From Macrostomum lignano (taxonomy: Eukaryota): a stretch of DNA of 24,583 nucleotides. Below, piece after piece: positions 1-12,098 of this stretch (position 1 is the first letter of the stretch; each line of letters starts with the position of its first letter). Under the pieces are notes generated by a model, which made no database searches, had not been told where the DNA came from, and saw nothing but the letters and a program-made list of their open reading frames with translations. Both the position numbers and the translations under genes were made by a program. The stretch lies in assembly GCA_002269645.1 (NCBI GenBank), contig NIVC01001247.1, positions 1 to 24,583 of the forward strand, given 5' to 3'.

Positions 1-1
1 A

Positions 2-439
2 TGCTCGACTCAAGAGAGACCCCATCAAGATAAGCAGACATATCACTATCTCTACGACTGCTCAAGCACAATTGCCCATGGCGTGTTTGGTATCGATCAT
101 GAAAATCTTGAAATCGAGCACTCATTTCCGGCAGTTTCCGGTCTCGCTAAAACTAAATTGACAATCGAGTCAGATAGGGAAGTCATTGGCAAAGACGACC
201 GATTTCTATCCATTGGTGCCGTGTTCACTGGTAGCAGTAAAGCCAAGCTGTATCACGACGGCAAAATTCTACGAAAAGTCAACAAGGATTCCGGCGCATA
301 TTCCGGGCCCCCTCTGTGCCTGCGTCTTGGGTACAGCCACGAGTCCTCCGCATTCAAGGGCACTTTCATATGCTACGCGATTGCAAAAGAGGCCCTGACA
401 GAGAGCGAACTGCGGCAGCTGGAGGCATTCTGCACTTGA
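2..439 (+). CDS. 3' part of a LamG/concanavalin A-like jellyroll protein, paralog of 4671-5777; 5' end lies outside the window
   Basis: Frame 2 is open from base 2 (CSTQERPHQDKQTYHYLYDCSSTIAHGVFGIDH...) to TGA at 437-439. It aligns with 4671-5777: QTYHYLYDCS/QTYHYFHDCS, YSGPPLCLRLGY/YSGAPLCLRLGY, FICYAIAKEALTESELRQLE/FICYAVAKEALTVTELLQLE. The C-terminus resembles the Laminin_G_3 pattern G..F.G.I.....RAL...E...L. Confidence 0.8.
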   Translation, partial: CSTQERPHQDKQTYHYLYDCSSTIAHGVFGIDHENLEIEHSFPAVSGLAKTKLTIESDREVIGKDDRFLSIGAVFTGSSKAKLYHDGKILRKVNKDSGAYSGPPLCLRLGYSHESSAFKGTFICYAIAKEALTESELRQLEAFCT

Positions 440-481
440 GTTTCTCTGTCGTATCGAATCAAGCATTAGATAGAAATCTAT

Positions 482-741
<260 letters not shown>

Positions 742-2129
742 TGCGCTTTGATTTTGGGCGTTCCTAGAAGCCTTTTCGACCAGCTAAAGATTAGCCAATT
801 AAATTTAAGCCCTTAGTTGACATTGACAATAAATTGAAGGCTAATTTTTAAAAGCTTTACGAGTAAAACCAAAACCCACTGTTTCTCCCACGATTTGATA
901 AAAGAATATAAAAAATAGTAACGTTTTCTGGCAGATTTTTTTCAGCCTCTGTGTCATTCAGAACAAATTCCAAATATAAAATATGTTAAAATTATTCAGA
1001 CAACGGAGTTCAATGCTTACTTGTGTTTTTGTTTTTTTTGCAGCCATTTTGTAGCAAATAAACTCAGAAAAGTTACTTCCGCCGTGAAAATGGAGCTGGA
1101 GATTCCACCAGACGAAATAAATCTATGGGATTTGCAGAGAGGAAATTGTCATCACACCGAGTCTGCTCACGCACTGCTACGAGCTAATTGGCTTCTTAAA
1201 TAAACTAAACAATGCTAATAAGTACGCCATGAAAATCCATGCGGCAAGGACCATAGACACTCGTGCGCTAACTTAATGTTCAGTACATCCTTTTCAGAAT
1301 CAGTAGCTAACAAGAGGAGAGTCTGATAGGCCACCTGTGTTTACTGCTCATCATCTGTAGCACGTGACGCTACTCAAGCCGTCATCAGCCTTACGTAAGC
1401 TTAAGAAAGTAGCAAAATTTCCCGAGTTTACAATCTCCAAATTCTACTTTTCTGCCTACCTAGTAGTAGACTTGTAAGACTTGGGTGAGACATGAATTAC
1501 ACAATAGCCCGCTCCTGCTCTCCTCTCTCCCCTCTTCTTTCCTTTCATCTCGATCGTCTTATCTCCAATTTCTCCTCTCTCCTCTTATCTCTCCATCCAG
1601 ATACGCATTGTATGAGTGACTGCTGAGAATCCAGCAACCGGAGCTCACATTAAAAGTATGCCTTACGCACAAGAGCTGCTGCAGTATGTTGCTGCGGATT
1701 GGAGGCTCTGGAGTCCGATGAGCTACTCTGCACCTCGCCCCCCCATATAAAGAGCTTACCACAAAACGATTCACCACTTACCCAAGCACGTGACTGGCAA
1801 TATTGTTCTAATGGCTGTTTAGACCAAAGTTTTCTATCCTACTAAAAGTAGGTAGCTATAAGATTTAGATTTTATTAGAGTCGATGCTAGTGCTCCCAAG
1901 CACACTTTAGGCGACATGGTCATTTAACACCCATTACTGCCCATTCCACCAACTCTCCTGAGCAGGCACACAAACGTGCGGATGCGTACGCAGTCATACG
2001 CACAGGCACACACTCACACAGGAGGATACAGCGGCCATAAGTTTATTAACGTTTGGCAAATGGACTTCACTGTGCCTTGTTGGGTTGTTCTTGTTGGGTT
2101 GAACTTGGAATCGAGCCTGGGCCGATATT

Positions 2130-2355
2130 GCTTTCAAAAAGCTTGATATGCTACGAGCAGTTTCAATCGGTGATGCGGCGATGCAATGCCGCGTTGGTTA
2201 CTCTCTCGTCACCGATCTTGAAGGCGGGGGCGCAGCATGCTAGTGTGCGTCTCTTCAAATTGCTGTTTGAGTGTGTCTGTCAGCGTCCAGGTCTGGTGGT
2301 TGTAAAACCTCTACAGTCTCGATCGCCGTCTGGAACAACGCCGGTGTTAGGCTTT
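2130..2355 (-). mobile_element. Decayed fragment of a non-LTR retrotransposon (RTE-like), region C-terminal to the RT core
   Basis: Minus-strand translation across frameshifts gives ALFQTAIETV..YNHQTWTLTDTLKQQFEETHTSMLR / PAFKIGDERVTNAALHRR. This resembles the recalled post-RT pattern F.A.VE.VLLY.AETWTLT.......MLR.A..I....VTN..LY. Confidence 0.5.
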
Positions 2356-3227
2356 CTGTTCTTCGGGTCTTAATTTATCCGGGGGACATCGCAAAGCAAA
2401 ATTATTGTCGCTTTGCGATAACCTACCCTGGATAATCCAAGGCACAACAAAATCGGGCTTTGAAATCTCCTGGGTCTTAAATTGTCCGGGGTGAATAAAG
2501 ATTTGGGTGGCAAGGTGGTCAAGTTATTTTCCTGATAAAGCGCATGTGAATGGAGCAGGACATCATTTCGAGAGAATGGGGCTGACTCAGAGGCCCGGGA
2601 AGGGCCCTTAGACAGGGGAGGGGCAGATAAGGTGCAATCTAAGAATAAATCGATAATGGACTAGCGTCACATTGCTAGCACTACAAGCGTACGTGCAATG
2701 AAGATCAGTGTCCGAGCTAATAGCCCACAAAGGAAAGTGTTGCGCAAATTACGAGTATATTTACACGTAACTTTTAAGATATATAGAGTTTATTTCTTGT
2801 CGAAGTTCTACGTTTAGGAAAATTTATCTCTCTATGGCTTAAGTATCGCTGAACCAAGTGTTTTTTTTATGTTTTGAAGGACGAGTATGTTGAGCTGCCA
2901 GAAAATTCCAGTATGAAAGAGAGAGATAATCTACGCTCGTAAAACTAAAAATCAGAGAAAAGAGCGAAAACTTCACGCTTCATTCAGCGGATCGCCTGTT
3001 TTTGATCAAATTACATGTAGATTGGTGAATCAATTAACAGTTTTTTTGGTTGACAATGTATAGTATAAATGCTTTAATTTTACTTCTGTTTGGAGTGTGT
3101 GAAATGCAAAATAGTGATTGAAAATACACTCGGTTAAATAAGCATGACGCAGATGTTTGCCAATTGAAAAAGTAGCAAAAAGTTTTTTCTACTTTGTGAA
3201 AACTGATTTCGAAATTTTGCTATTTCT

Positions 3228-3530
3228 ATCCCCGGATATCAGTAGCCGGGTGTCCTAAAGCAAACCTCTGTCTCCGCAGACTGACCCCTCTCTTTCAACC
3301 TACAGTCGGATGTCCTAAGACAAATTTCCCCTTCTTGTGATCTCCGGGCCGGATAGCAGAGTCAGTGCCGTAGGATGTCCGGGAGAGACATCTCAAAGTG
3401 CCTGGACAATGCAAAGCAGCTCAAGATATCCGGGAAGGAGAAAACAAAGCAGGTTTTTTGCTTGGCAGTATCCGGGCGGATATTTTAAGTGCATTCGGAT
3501 ATCCGGGCCAAACAAAAAACCCCGGATAGT
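3228..3530. repeat. Cluster of CCGGAT/ATCCGG-type motifs in both orientations (possible non-autonomous DNA-transposon remnant)
   Basis: About nine related motifs near 3231, 3246, 3306, 3343, 3372, 3425, 3469, 3495 and 3520. No clean TIR/TSD pair was identified. Confidence 0.35.
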
Positions 3531-4670
3531 GTAAAGTGTAACACCCGCCTCTAACATTCAGGTATAGGGCCTCGGAAAGCAGGACTGCCTTCACCAAAAC
3601 AAAAGGCAGCCAAACCAAGCCCGCAGCGATGCTGCCGCTCCTCGGATAACGTAGAAAACCAGACCAAAACTTCGCCTCTCTAACGTCGCCTTGTTTGTCA
3701 GCGACTCAGCATAGAATCTCAGTGTCTCAGTGTTAACCCCCAGGTCGATATTCGCTGCAACAGCAACCAGTAGTCCATGTGTTGTTGGGTGCCCTGGGCA
3801 GTTAAAAACAGCCAGGTGAGATCGTCGTTACCGGGTGAATTACCGGTTAACTCTGAGCCGCCTCAACTCAGTCGAACCTCGTATCGTCGCAGCAAAAGAG
3901 ATGCGTCGGCATTGGTGAGGAGACCCAAAGATCCGCAATCTGCAAACCTTGATATGCCAGCACCAGCACCGGTTTCTCACTCCTGTCCACCATTCTGTGC
4001 ATCGCAGGTCGGATAACACTCAGTGATTTCTGTTGATAGGTTATCAAAAAATTCCTTCATTTTCTGCAGGTAAATGTAATGCCTCAGTGTCTGTGGTTAG
4101 AATTGGCTATAACTGTAGTAATTGGTCCACTACCCCTATGGGCGACGAGGTTATATAGTGTGTGAACAACGAAGATTTGATAATAGGTTCTGCCTCAATA
4201 ATTCTTCGTGACGTTCCAGCAGGATCCATGGCTCATTGCTCTTGAGTTAGGCTTGCAGACAAAATATATTCTGCTTCGCCGGGCCTGCTTGCAATCATAT
4301 TTTGTTCTCCGCTCACCAAAAAAGAGTTATCCCCGCAAGTATTTTGCATTGTTTCTGAGCTATCCAACGCATCACAGAGTTTTTCATCAGCTTGATTGAC
4401 AGGTGAATATATGAATTGACGAATTAGAACTAGCTGAATGAGGAACTATATAGAAAGCAGTATACCACTTGAGTACAAGACAAGCATTCCTCGCATGAAC
4501 AGACAGGTGGCAAAGTAGCGAGGACATCATTCCCAAAGGCTCAGTGTCTTGGCATCTCTGATTGGCTGCAGTGGTACGCCAATGAGCCGCTAATTTCACT
4601 GTTTATCATGCAACGCAAGTGGTAGGTTGCGACAGAAATCGCTGGTTGATCAAAATAAATCTACGAAACA

Positions 4671-5777
4671 ATGGCTGCTAATCTTATACTGCTGCTGATT
4701 CTGTTCTGGTTGACTGCCGAAACGTCGGCCAACAACTGCTCGGAGAGTAATCGGGTTCGATTCAAAATCGTGCCAACTTGCCCGGAAAATTCAACCATTG
4801 CTCTGCTAAAAAAAGTCCAAGGATTTCGATCGGTAGAAGAATGTGCTTTGGTGTGTGGACTCGATAGCAACTGTTCTGTCATCTTCCGAAGTGAAGACGG
4901 CATTTGCTATTTAGGAAACAGCCAACAAGCTAGTGAACTTATCTCAACGTCGAATTCGTCCATTCCAACCGTTTGTAAAGTCCTTGTCAAAGTTTCCAAC
5001 AACGGAGATGCACTGATAACAACTGAAACAACTGTAGCCCCTGTGACGACAACTCTGAGTCAATCTGCGGCCACAACAATCAATGCGGCAGTCCAGGGCC
5101 TGGGCACTCTGGCCTCAAAGCTGGTCATCCTGTTCGACTTCAGGCAGGGCTACACAAACCTTGTCAATCCTGCAAAGTACGCCGCCAGTCCCCACGGTGC
5201 CGTCAGTCAAAACGGCGAGGGAGTCACCTTCCCTGGTGGAAACAATAACGATTATATCGAAGTTGACACCGATGGTAACACCCTGGCGTCTACTTATCTG
5301 AGTCACCCGAACTCGTTCACGTTCTACGTGAGACTCATGCGAAACGACCCAAACCACCAGACCTATCACTACTTTCATGACTGTTCCACGTCGGCTCTTA
5401 ATCGGGGAGAGTTCAGCGACAACGGAGGACGACTTCGGGTTGTGCACGCCTTCCCAGCTGCCGCAAACCAAAACAATTACCAGTTGCTTCGCGAATCAAT
5501 CAGCAATGTGTTTTTGAACGATAATAGTTTACAACCGGCTTCTGTGGCAGCCGTGTTTGTTGGCAACACCCTGAGCAACTTCTACAAAGATGGCGCGTTT
5601 CTGCAAACTCCTAACACTCAGTCCAGCACTTACTCTGGAGCTCCGCTTTGCCTGCGTCTGGGCTATCATAGCAGTTCATCTCACGCCCTTCGGGGTCGCT
5701 TCATCTGCTATGCCGTCGCCAAGGAGGCTCTTACAGTCACTGAGCTCCTGCAGTTGGAGAACTTGTGCGGAACTTGA
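4671..5777 (+). CDS. Secreted 368-aa protein: signal peptide + PAN/Apple-like domain + Thr/Ser-rich linker + LamG/ConA-like (Laminin_G_3-type) domain; single exon
   Basis: Uninterrupted ORF with a hydrophobic N-terminus (MAANLILLLILFWLTAETSA). PAN core RSVEECALVCGLDSNCSVIFRSEDGICYLG (C-x3-C-x5-C-x10-C). Linker TTETTVAPVTTT. LamG-like motifs LVILFDF, GVTFPGGNNNDYIEV, FYKDG, and LG....LRG....EALT..EL. Paralog at 2-439. Confidence 0.88.
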   Translation: MAANLILLLILFWLTAETSANNCSESNRVRFKIVPTCPENSTIALLKKVQGFRSVEECALVCGLDSNCSVIFRSEDGICYLGNSQQASELISTSNSSIPTVCKVLVKVSNNGDALITTETTVAPVTTTLSQSAATTINAAVQGLGTLASKLVILFDFRQGYTNLVNPAKYAASPHGAVSQNGEGVTFPGGNNNDYIEVDTDGNTLASTYLSHPNSFTFYVRLMRNDPNHQTYHYFHDCSTSALNRGEFSDNGGRLRVVHAFPAAANQNNYQLLRESISNVFLNDNSLQPASVAAVFVGNTLSNFYKDGAFLQTPNTQSSTYSGAPLCLRLGYHSSSSHALRGRFICYAVAKEALTVTELLQLENLCGT

Positions 5778-7728
5778 CATCCGAATGCAGCAGAGGCACA
5801 AAAATTGTTGCTTTACTAACGAGTAAAACTGAAAAGCTTTTTGTAGTTGCCTTTTAGGCTTCAATCTGCTTTACTTAACAAATCAGACACAAAGCCGGAA
5901 CTATATGAGCAACCATCCTGTGTTGCTTCTTGGTCAAACAAAGTTACTTTTAAGATCTACATCCTACGACCTTGTAAAGAAAATTCGAATAAATTTTTCC
6001 TTCCTGGAAAATACTGAAGGTTTCCTTTCTTCCTTTTATCTTCAGTTCTTTTAGTTATTGAGCTGCTGGGAGCAATGGGGATAAGTTTGTTCGTCGATTT
6101 TACGGGATCAGAAGAAACTAACAATGAAGTTCAACTGTGAAGCTCATAAATCAATAGCACTCTTTCCACCCTTTACAACTGTAGAATTGGTTGGCTATAA
6201 GCTTTCCAGCTGAGCTTAAATGATAGAGAGAATATTCTGTGTATTCCATCCATCTTTAGCTGCAGCATTCCATTGCAATTGAGCCTTCGTGGTCCTTGAC
6301 AACGGCTGGACCGGAGACATCGGAGGCACCTAAGCAGCTAAAGAGAGGTGAATAAAGAGCTTTGAATCTTTGCCCGCTGGCCCAAATGTATACATAAAAT
6401 TCTTTTATGACAAGAGATGATTTGAGTAGCTATTCTTTCAAGCTAAGAAGTCCTCAATTCTCTTTGTACAAAACAGGACGGAAAATGTGAATACGATGCG
6501 AGCCAAAATGATATATCCACTGTTACTAATATCGGTTCCAATACGAGGCATTAAAACCAATTTCAGGGATGTTTACAAGGCTTGGAGTCAAACTATTAAT
6601 CCCGTTCGTGCATTGATTCTCACAACCAGCGCTGAGTCAATTCTGGTTATTCCTTGTCACACTCTCTATGCCTTGGGGGTTGGCCAACGAGCATCAAAGA
6701 CGGAAAAGATGAGGTTAAAGAAGCATCAAAGCTGATCTATTTTCAGGTTTTTCTCAAGTATCTCCTATCTTCGACCTTCGACCGATGCGAATTCTCTACA
6801 CTGTACGAGCTACTTGAACTTGAAACTTCACAAGGTCAAAACTTCATAAACAACCGGCTGCCGTCACCTGTTTTCACTGAATCCTTCTTAATCGTTCTCG
6901 TATTGCATTGTTAGCGGGGGTTCAAATAGTTATAGACTTCAGTACATTGGTTTGGATCTGACCGCAGCTGCACCAATAAAAAACCTGTACCCGAGATCTG
7001 ACGCTTTTGTCGGCCTCGAATCCGCTTATTATTGACCTTGTGCGATCGTATTTGTTTTTTTAAATTGGAAAGATTTAAATTTCTGTCGATACTAACAGGC
7101 CTCAGTAATTAATTAATTAATAATTAACATCTTAAGTAGAAATAAATATTAAATTCTTTTGCCAACGCACCTCTTCGTGACATGAAATGTCAGCAGCCAG
7201 AGGAAAACTGAAAAGCAGCAATATCGCTGCGTCGAGTAACCGAAAATTGAATAATTTAGCAAGCTTAATTGAGTTCAGTCCTCCACTAGCAAGAGAAAAA
7301 TGACAAAAAACGCGCTAAAAAAATTCATCACGAAGCAGGAATCTTTGTGTGAAACAACGGACTGCTGGTAAACAACCTCAATAATTCATATGTAAAAAAA
7401 CTCTCTCTTCGTGTAACAATCTCCACAAAAAACAATCGGACCAACCTGAAAAGAATTGCGGCTCAAAGTTACACGTAACCGGTTTAGAAAACATATATGA
7501 AAAATCAGTCAAAAAAGAGAACGACACAGTGCAAAGGGAAAAGCTCCACCAGAAAAAAATTCAGAAAGATCGCATCAGCTTGCAGCAGCAAAACAACAGA
7601 AGTAATAAAAAAGCAGCAAAAATTATGGAAAATTAACAAAAATACTTCTTGGGCACGTCAGACCTAGCAAAACGCTCAAAACTAAGGTTTACAATCAGTT
7701 TTTCTGTCATAGTCTCTGCCACAATCAG

Positions 7729-7980
7729 TTACTCAGTTCTTACTGTCTCAATGACACACAGCTCAGACACAGGCCACACCAGCACAGCCTGACCGAGTTG
7801 AACCTTGGCCACTCGCACGCGACCGTCTTGACCCGGGAAGACCGAAACCACTCGTCCTAGCGGCCAGTGACCTTGAGGTGCGTCGGGCTTGACCACCAGC
7901 ACTACGTCATCTACTTTCAAGCTTCTCTGCTGTTCGATCCACTTGGACCTCGGCTGCAGGCCGGGTAGCCACTCTCGCAT
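7729..7980 (-). pseudogene. BEL/Pao integrase C-terminal domain (DUF5641-like)
   Basis: EWLPGLQPRSKW...LKVDDVVLVVKPDAPQGHWPLGRVVSVFPGQDGRVRVAKVQ...SELCVIE matches the characteristic BEL/Pao pol C-terminus. Confidence 0.9.
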
Positions 7981-8009
7981 CCATTGTCAAGAGATCCTAC
8001 GCCCGTCGC

Positions 8010-8800
8010 CTAAGCTTTGTTGGATTGATCGCTACATCCTCCAATCAGCAAATGATTGGGTGTTGACTGTGCCTCGTCCATCGGGTTAGCCGTCTGGTAC
8101 GTGATTGGGCGCGAGCTAATAAGCGTCTCTGCTCCGGTGATCGCTGAATGCAACTCCTCATCGTTAACATCCACGTTGCCGAGGATCGCGCTCAGTTCCC
8201 GATTTTTTGTGAGGATCATTATTTCATGAGCTCCAACAAAATGCGGTGCTGCCGGCAGCTGAAAGCTCCATCTCACTCCATGCATTGCTGTCTGTTTCTG
8301 CCATTTGGCCTTGTTCACACTCTCCAGCTTTTTGAGCTCCTCGTCTCCTCTTACGAAGTTTCCACCGTTGTCCGAGTACATGACCTTTGACAGTCTCGAC
8401 GGTTGCCCATTCGGAATAAAACATTAAAGACGAGTCAGTGTCGAACCCGAAGGTCATCTCTAAATGCACAGCGCGTGTCTCAAGCCACGTGAAAAGATCA
8501 ATTGACTCGCCTTTGAACAATCGTGAACGACCTCCCATGTCAACAGCCACGTCAACCGCGTGAATGCTTTGAGTGAGAACGCAAGACGCGCCTCTGGCAG
8601 CGGTGCCATCTTCTGCGTTGCGGGACGTGCTCGAGCTCCCACTGACGAATCGCTTCTCTGGCTCCGATGATCCAATACTTTGATGCAATCGCGGCCAAGA
8701 CATCGTTTGTGCCTCTTTGTGCTCGCTCCTCATGAAATTTCTTGATCAGCAGCTTAGTCATCCGATCCAGTGCTTTCTCGGCAGAATCGCTGGGTGTCTC
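8010..8800 (-). pseudogene. BEL/Pao integrase zinc-binding region and catalytic core, frameshifted
   Basis: TKLLIKKFHEE..GTNDVLAAIASKYWII, QKMAPLPEARL, MYSDNGGNFVRG, WSFQLPAAPHFVGAHE, AETLISSRPITY and LTPNHL-like STPNHLLIG are spread over different frames. Confidence 0.85.
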
Positions 8801-9239
8801 GCCTCAAACGGTAACTGCTGTCCGAACTTCAGGCGACCGTCGACTTTCACATTCCAGACGGATCCATCACGGGCTGCAAGCAGTGCAGCTTCTTGTCACC
8901 GCAGCCTTTGTCGGGTGAATGCTTTTATCCTGTGCGGATTTCACGAGCTGTTCTTCCACATCTTCCAAACTCGTCCGTCTACAGCTTGCCGCTCTCTCGA
9001 AACCCTGGACTTTTCCGCCAGTTCCTCACAAGAAGCGCAGCACATAAGCCATGACTCGCTGCAGTCTTTTGAAGTCAGAGAATAAAGTTGGTTCCAATCA
9101 CCATCCTTTGTCCGTTGTCTCCGCTTCCGCGACGAATGTCAACTCCTGACGCTGCTCCCATGGCGACCACACCTTTACGCCTCTTGGAAGCCTCTGCGTC
9201 CTCCGGCATTAATGGAATCCATATCTCCGGCCAACATTC

Positions 9240-9840
9240 TTCATTCTGCTACAGCAACTCTGGTCCTTGAACCACAATCGCAACTTCGGCAACTCGGAAG
9301 CACTGCAGCCTCTGGAGACAATGTCCGCTGGATTTAAATTTGTCGGCAGGTATCTCTACTGCTGAATCAGTGCGATTCGGTGGGCAACAAACAGCTTGAC
9401 CGCACGGCTCCGGTTTCATATCCATTACAGGACGTTCTGACTATCGGTCCTTCCGAGACTATCTGGACATGGACATCCAGAGCCTCGGCGATTGTCTTGG
9501 TCAGCAGAACTCCCAGCACCACGACCATCAACTCAAGCCACAAGACGCTGACAGTCAATAGCGGGGCTATCTTCGACTTTTAGGCTACGAAGCTCAGCGT
9601 TACTTCCTCATCCATATTGTGGCCTCGGCATTAGACTACAGCTCCGTACGCATCTTGAGAAGCGTCCATGAAAGTGTGCATATTCGCTTGACCGCCTTAT
9701 GGATTCAGACTTCCTGAAGAACTGAAAGTTCGCTCATCCATTAGGATGCCTTCTCCGCGCGCCATCTTCGAATCGATCGGCTCGTCCCAGTCACATTCCG
9801 TGCCGCAAAATCCCCTGAAGCATGATCTTCCCATGACATG
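9240..9840 (-). pseudogene. BEL/Pao RNase H-like region (Peptidase_A17/Pao family), disrupted
   Basis: DWDEPI, HTFMDAS..YGAVV, SKIAPL...LELM..VLGV.LTKTIAEAL and YLPTNLNPADIVSRG, with stops and frameshifts. Confidence 0.85.
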
Positions 9841-12098
9841 AAGCTTTTAGGAAACAGCATGAATCAAACACACCGGCACGTAGAACACAGTAGATTTGCA
9901 TGTAGAGTTGTGCGAAAACTGTTCTAATGCAGTTCATATAGAATCCTAAATTGTGTTACCTGACACTGAACAAGCCATCTTCCGGAAGTTACAAAAACTG
10001 GAGATCAAAGCTTAGAAAACTGTGAATAGTGTGACAAAGAATATAATATCATGCAATTAACTCAGTTAAAAAGCACAAATCTATGTAAAAAGTTGCATTT
10101 GCGACTTAATCAGAGCAGAAAAGTATGAGAATGCGTTATTGCAAGATCAATATTTTATTGGACTAATTCAATAAAGCCTAAAAACCTAGCCTAAAAAAGA
10201 GAAAGATAAGAATTAAAAAAGCTATTGCTTCATGCGACTGTGTCTGTGTCTATGCGTTGTGTCGCCGAAATGAGTGTCAAAGATCCAGTGTGGGTTTCTT
10301 CTTCAGTCGTTGTCTCACCGTAAAATCTGTACAATGTTTCTATAAGGCATCGGTGACTCATGTATCTATGAGAAGCTGCTTTCTGATAAAATAAGCCAAT
10401 CCTCTAAAACACAAATAAAAATTGACATATTTTATTATTTTTTCTCGGAAATACGCAATACGTCAGTAAAATACTTTAAAATCAAAGCATATCGTCTTTC
10501 GGCTTTTTAGAGTCAAATCTCAGCAAGAAATCGGTTCACACACAATTTTAAAACTGATTTGATCAATCTTAAATCTATTGAGCAGTCTTTTTTAATTAAA
10601 GTAATTAGGCGGCACAGAATATCTACAGAATACTCAATAAGTGTTTCTAATACAACAGGAATTCAAATTCGCGCAGCCTACTTGTGTTGTTCAAATTCTG
10701 AGTAGTACAAATTAAATTTATGAAACTTTATGAAAATTCTCAATTCTCATCATTTTAGGTGAACAGCCTGGCTATAGAAAATCAATGAAAAAACTGAATT
10801 AATGTAAGAGCTCTTGTAGCAGTCAATGTAGAGGAAATAAACTAAGGAAATAAGCCATAAAAACAGAACAAACCAAAACCAACCATCTTATTTCTTCAAG
10901 AAATTCTCCTTCGACTCTTGCATCGCAAGAGTCAGGCTTGCTTTTATTTCTGATGGAGAGATCCAGACTCTCACTCAGAAACATAAATAAAGTCTCCATT
11001 TGCTTCACAGCAGAAACAACTTCATCACAGGGTGTATGCTAGCCTTTTATCCTCTACATTGTCCTCACTGCGCATCTTCTCAATTGTGCCACATCAGTGT
11101 GAGTGACTTCAGCACCAACTTCACTTAGCAGCACATGCCCAGCCTTTTCAGCAGAAACATCATCATGCTTGCAAGTAGCAAGCATTTCTGGAGCTTTTTT
11201 GACTGAAGTAGACTTTTTTCCCATTGTCATTCGCGCAGGTCTTATAGTTAAAGCTACTGTCAAGAAACTGATTGGCAGCTATCGATCTGAAAGCAGAAGC
11301 TGCCTCTCTGCACTCAAGACAATCGTTGAAGCCTTCTCTTCTCCAGCTGCTAAAGTTGCTTTTGTTGGTCCTTGGGCCGCTAAAGGGGACAACGGAGGCT
11401 GCAACCCACCCCTTATGAGCAAAGCGCATTGTCATTTCCCGCTCTAAAGAGTCAGAGGCCCCGCCCAGATGACTGGGAGAGCTTCCCCAAGCTCTGGAGT
11501 TGCCTACAGCCGAAGATGGAACTCTGTCTAGTCTAGCGCTGCACTAACTAGAGGACTTTTCAGCTGGGGATTGTACAAACACACAATTCACATTTTTTAC
11601 TGTATTAAATATGAGTATTTATATTGCCACAAAAACGACTTCAATCACCCATACAATTCAATGCAATGCAGGAACACCAGAAAGATTAGAAGCTGGCTTG
11701 CATTTTTCGGCCTTTTAGAAAGCTGGGATTTTTCAAGACCTCTGAACAAAATGGAAACATCTGAACTGCACTGAGTAGATTTGCATTCGAAGAAGATATT
11801 TTGTCCATCCTAACCGCGAAAGAAAGCTGTGGAGAGGTTTAACGTAATTTTTTTTCAAAGAAATATACTTCGATGGCATTCTGAGGCCGCTTAAGATCCA
11901 TGCGGCTAACAAACAACACACACAAACAAGCAATGCAAAAGAAAAGTACAGCTACAACTAAACCATTGAAACATGATGATCGGGAGTCTTAGTCCTGACT
12001 TTACGCATCGTATTTTTGTACATGATCTTACGAGTATATAAATTGTAATTCACGTAAGTTACCAAAGCCCCCTTAGCTCATTAGAATGCTTCTATTAG

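Larger units (their letters stand above)
7729..9840 (-). mobile_element. Decayed BEL/Pao LTR retrotransposon, internal pol fragment (end of RT / RNase H / integrase / DUF5641-like); no LTRs seen
   Basis: Motifs in BEL order on the minus strand across stops and frameshifts: GKIMLQ..CDWDEPI, HTFMDASQDPYGAVV, KSKIAPL..LELM, KLFVAHRIALIQ, NPADIVSRG, FSDFKRLQRVMAYVLRF, DGRL..LPFEARHPAILP, KFHE..GTNDVLAAIASKYWIIGAR, YSDNGGNFV, WSFQLPAAPHF, KVDDVVLV..WPLGRVVSVFPGQDGRVRVAKV. Confidence 0.93.

Noticed and set aside
3700-4600. Moderately open frames upstream of the PAN-LamG gene
   Set aside because: Translations on both strands gave no recognisable motif. They may be very old element debris.
6487-6914. 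Two short overlapping plus-strand ORFs
   Set aside because: No domain motif, signal peptide or consistent splice structure could be supported.
10823-11447. Stop-poor overlapping frames, with a faint resemblance to a tyrosine-recombinase C-terminus (KKAPEMLATCKHDDVSAEKA)
   Set aside because: No convincing R-H-R-H-Y catalytic pattern and several stops. It cannot be assigned without an HMM search.
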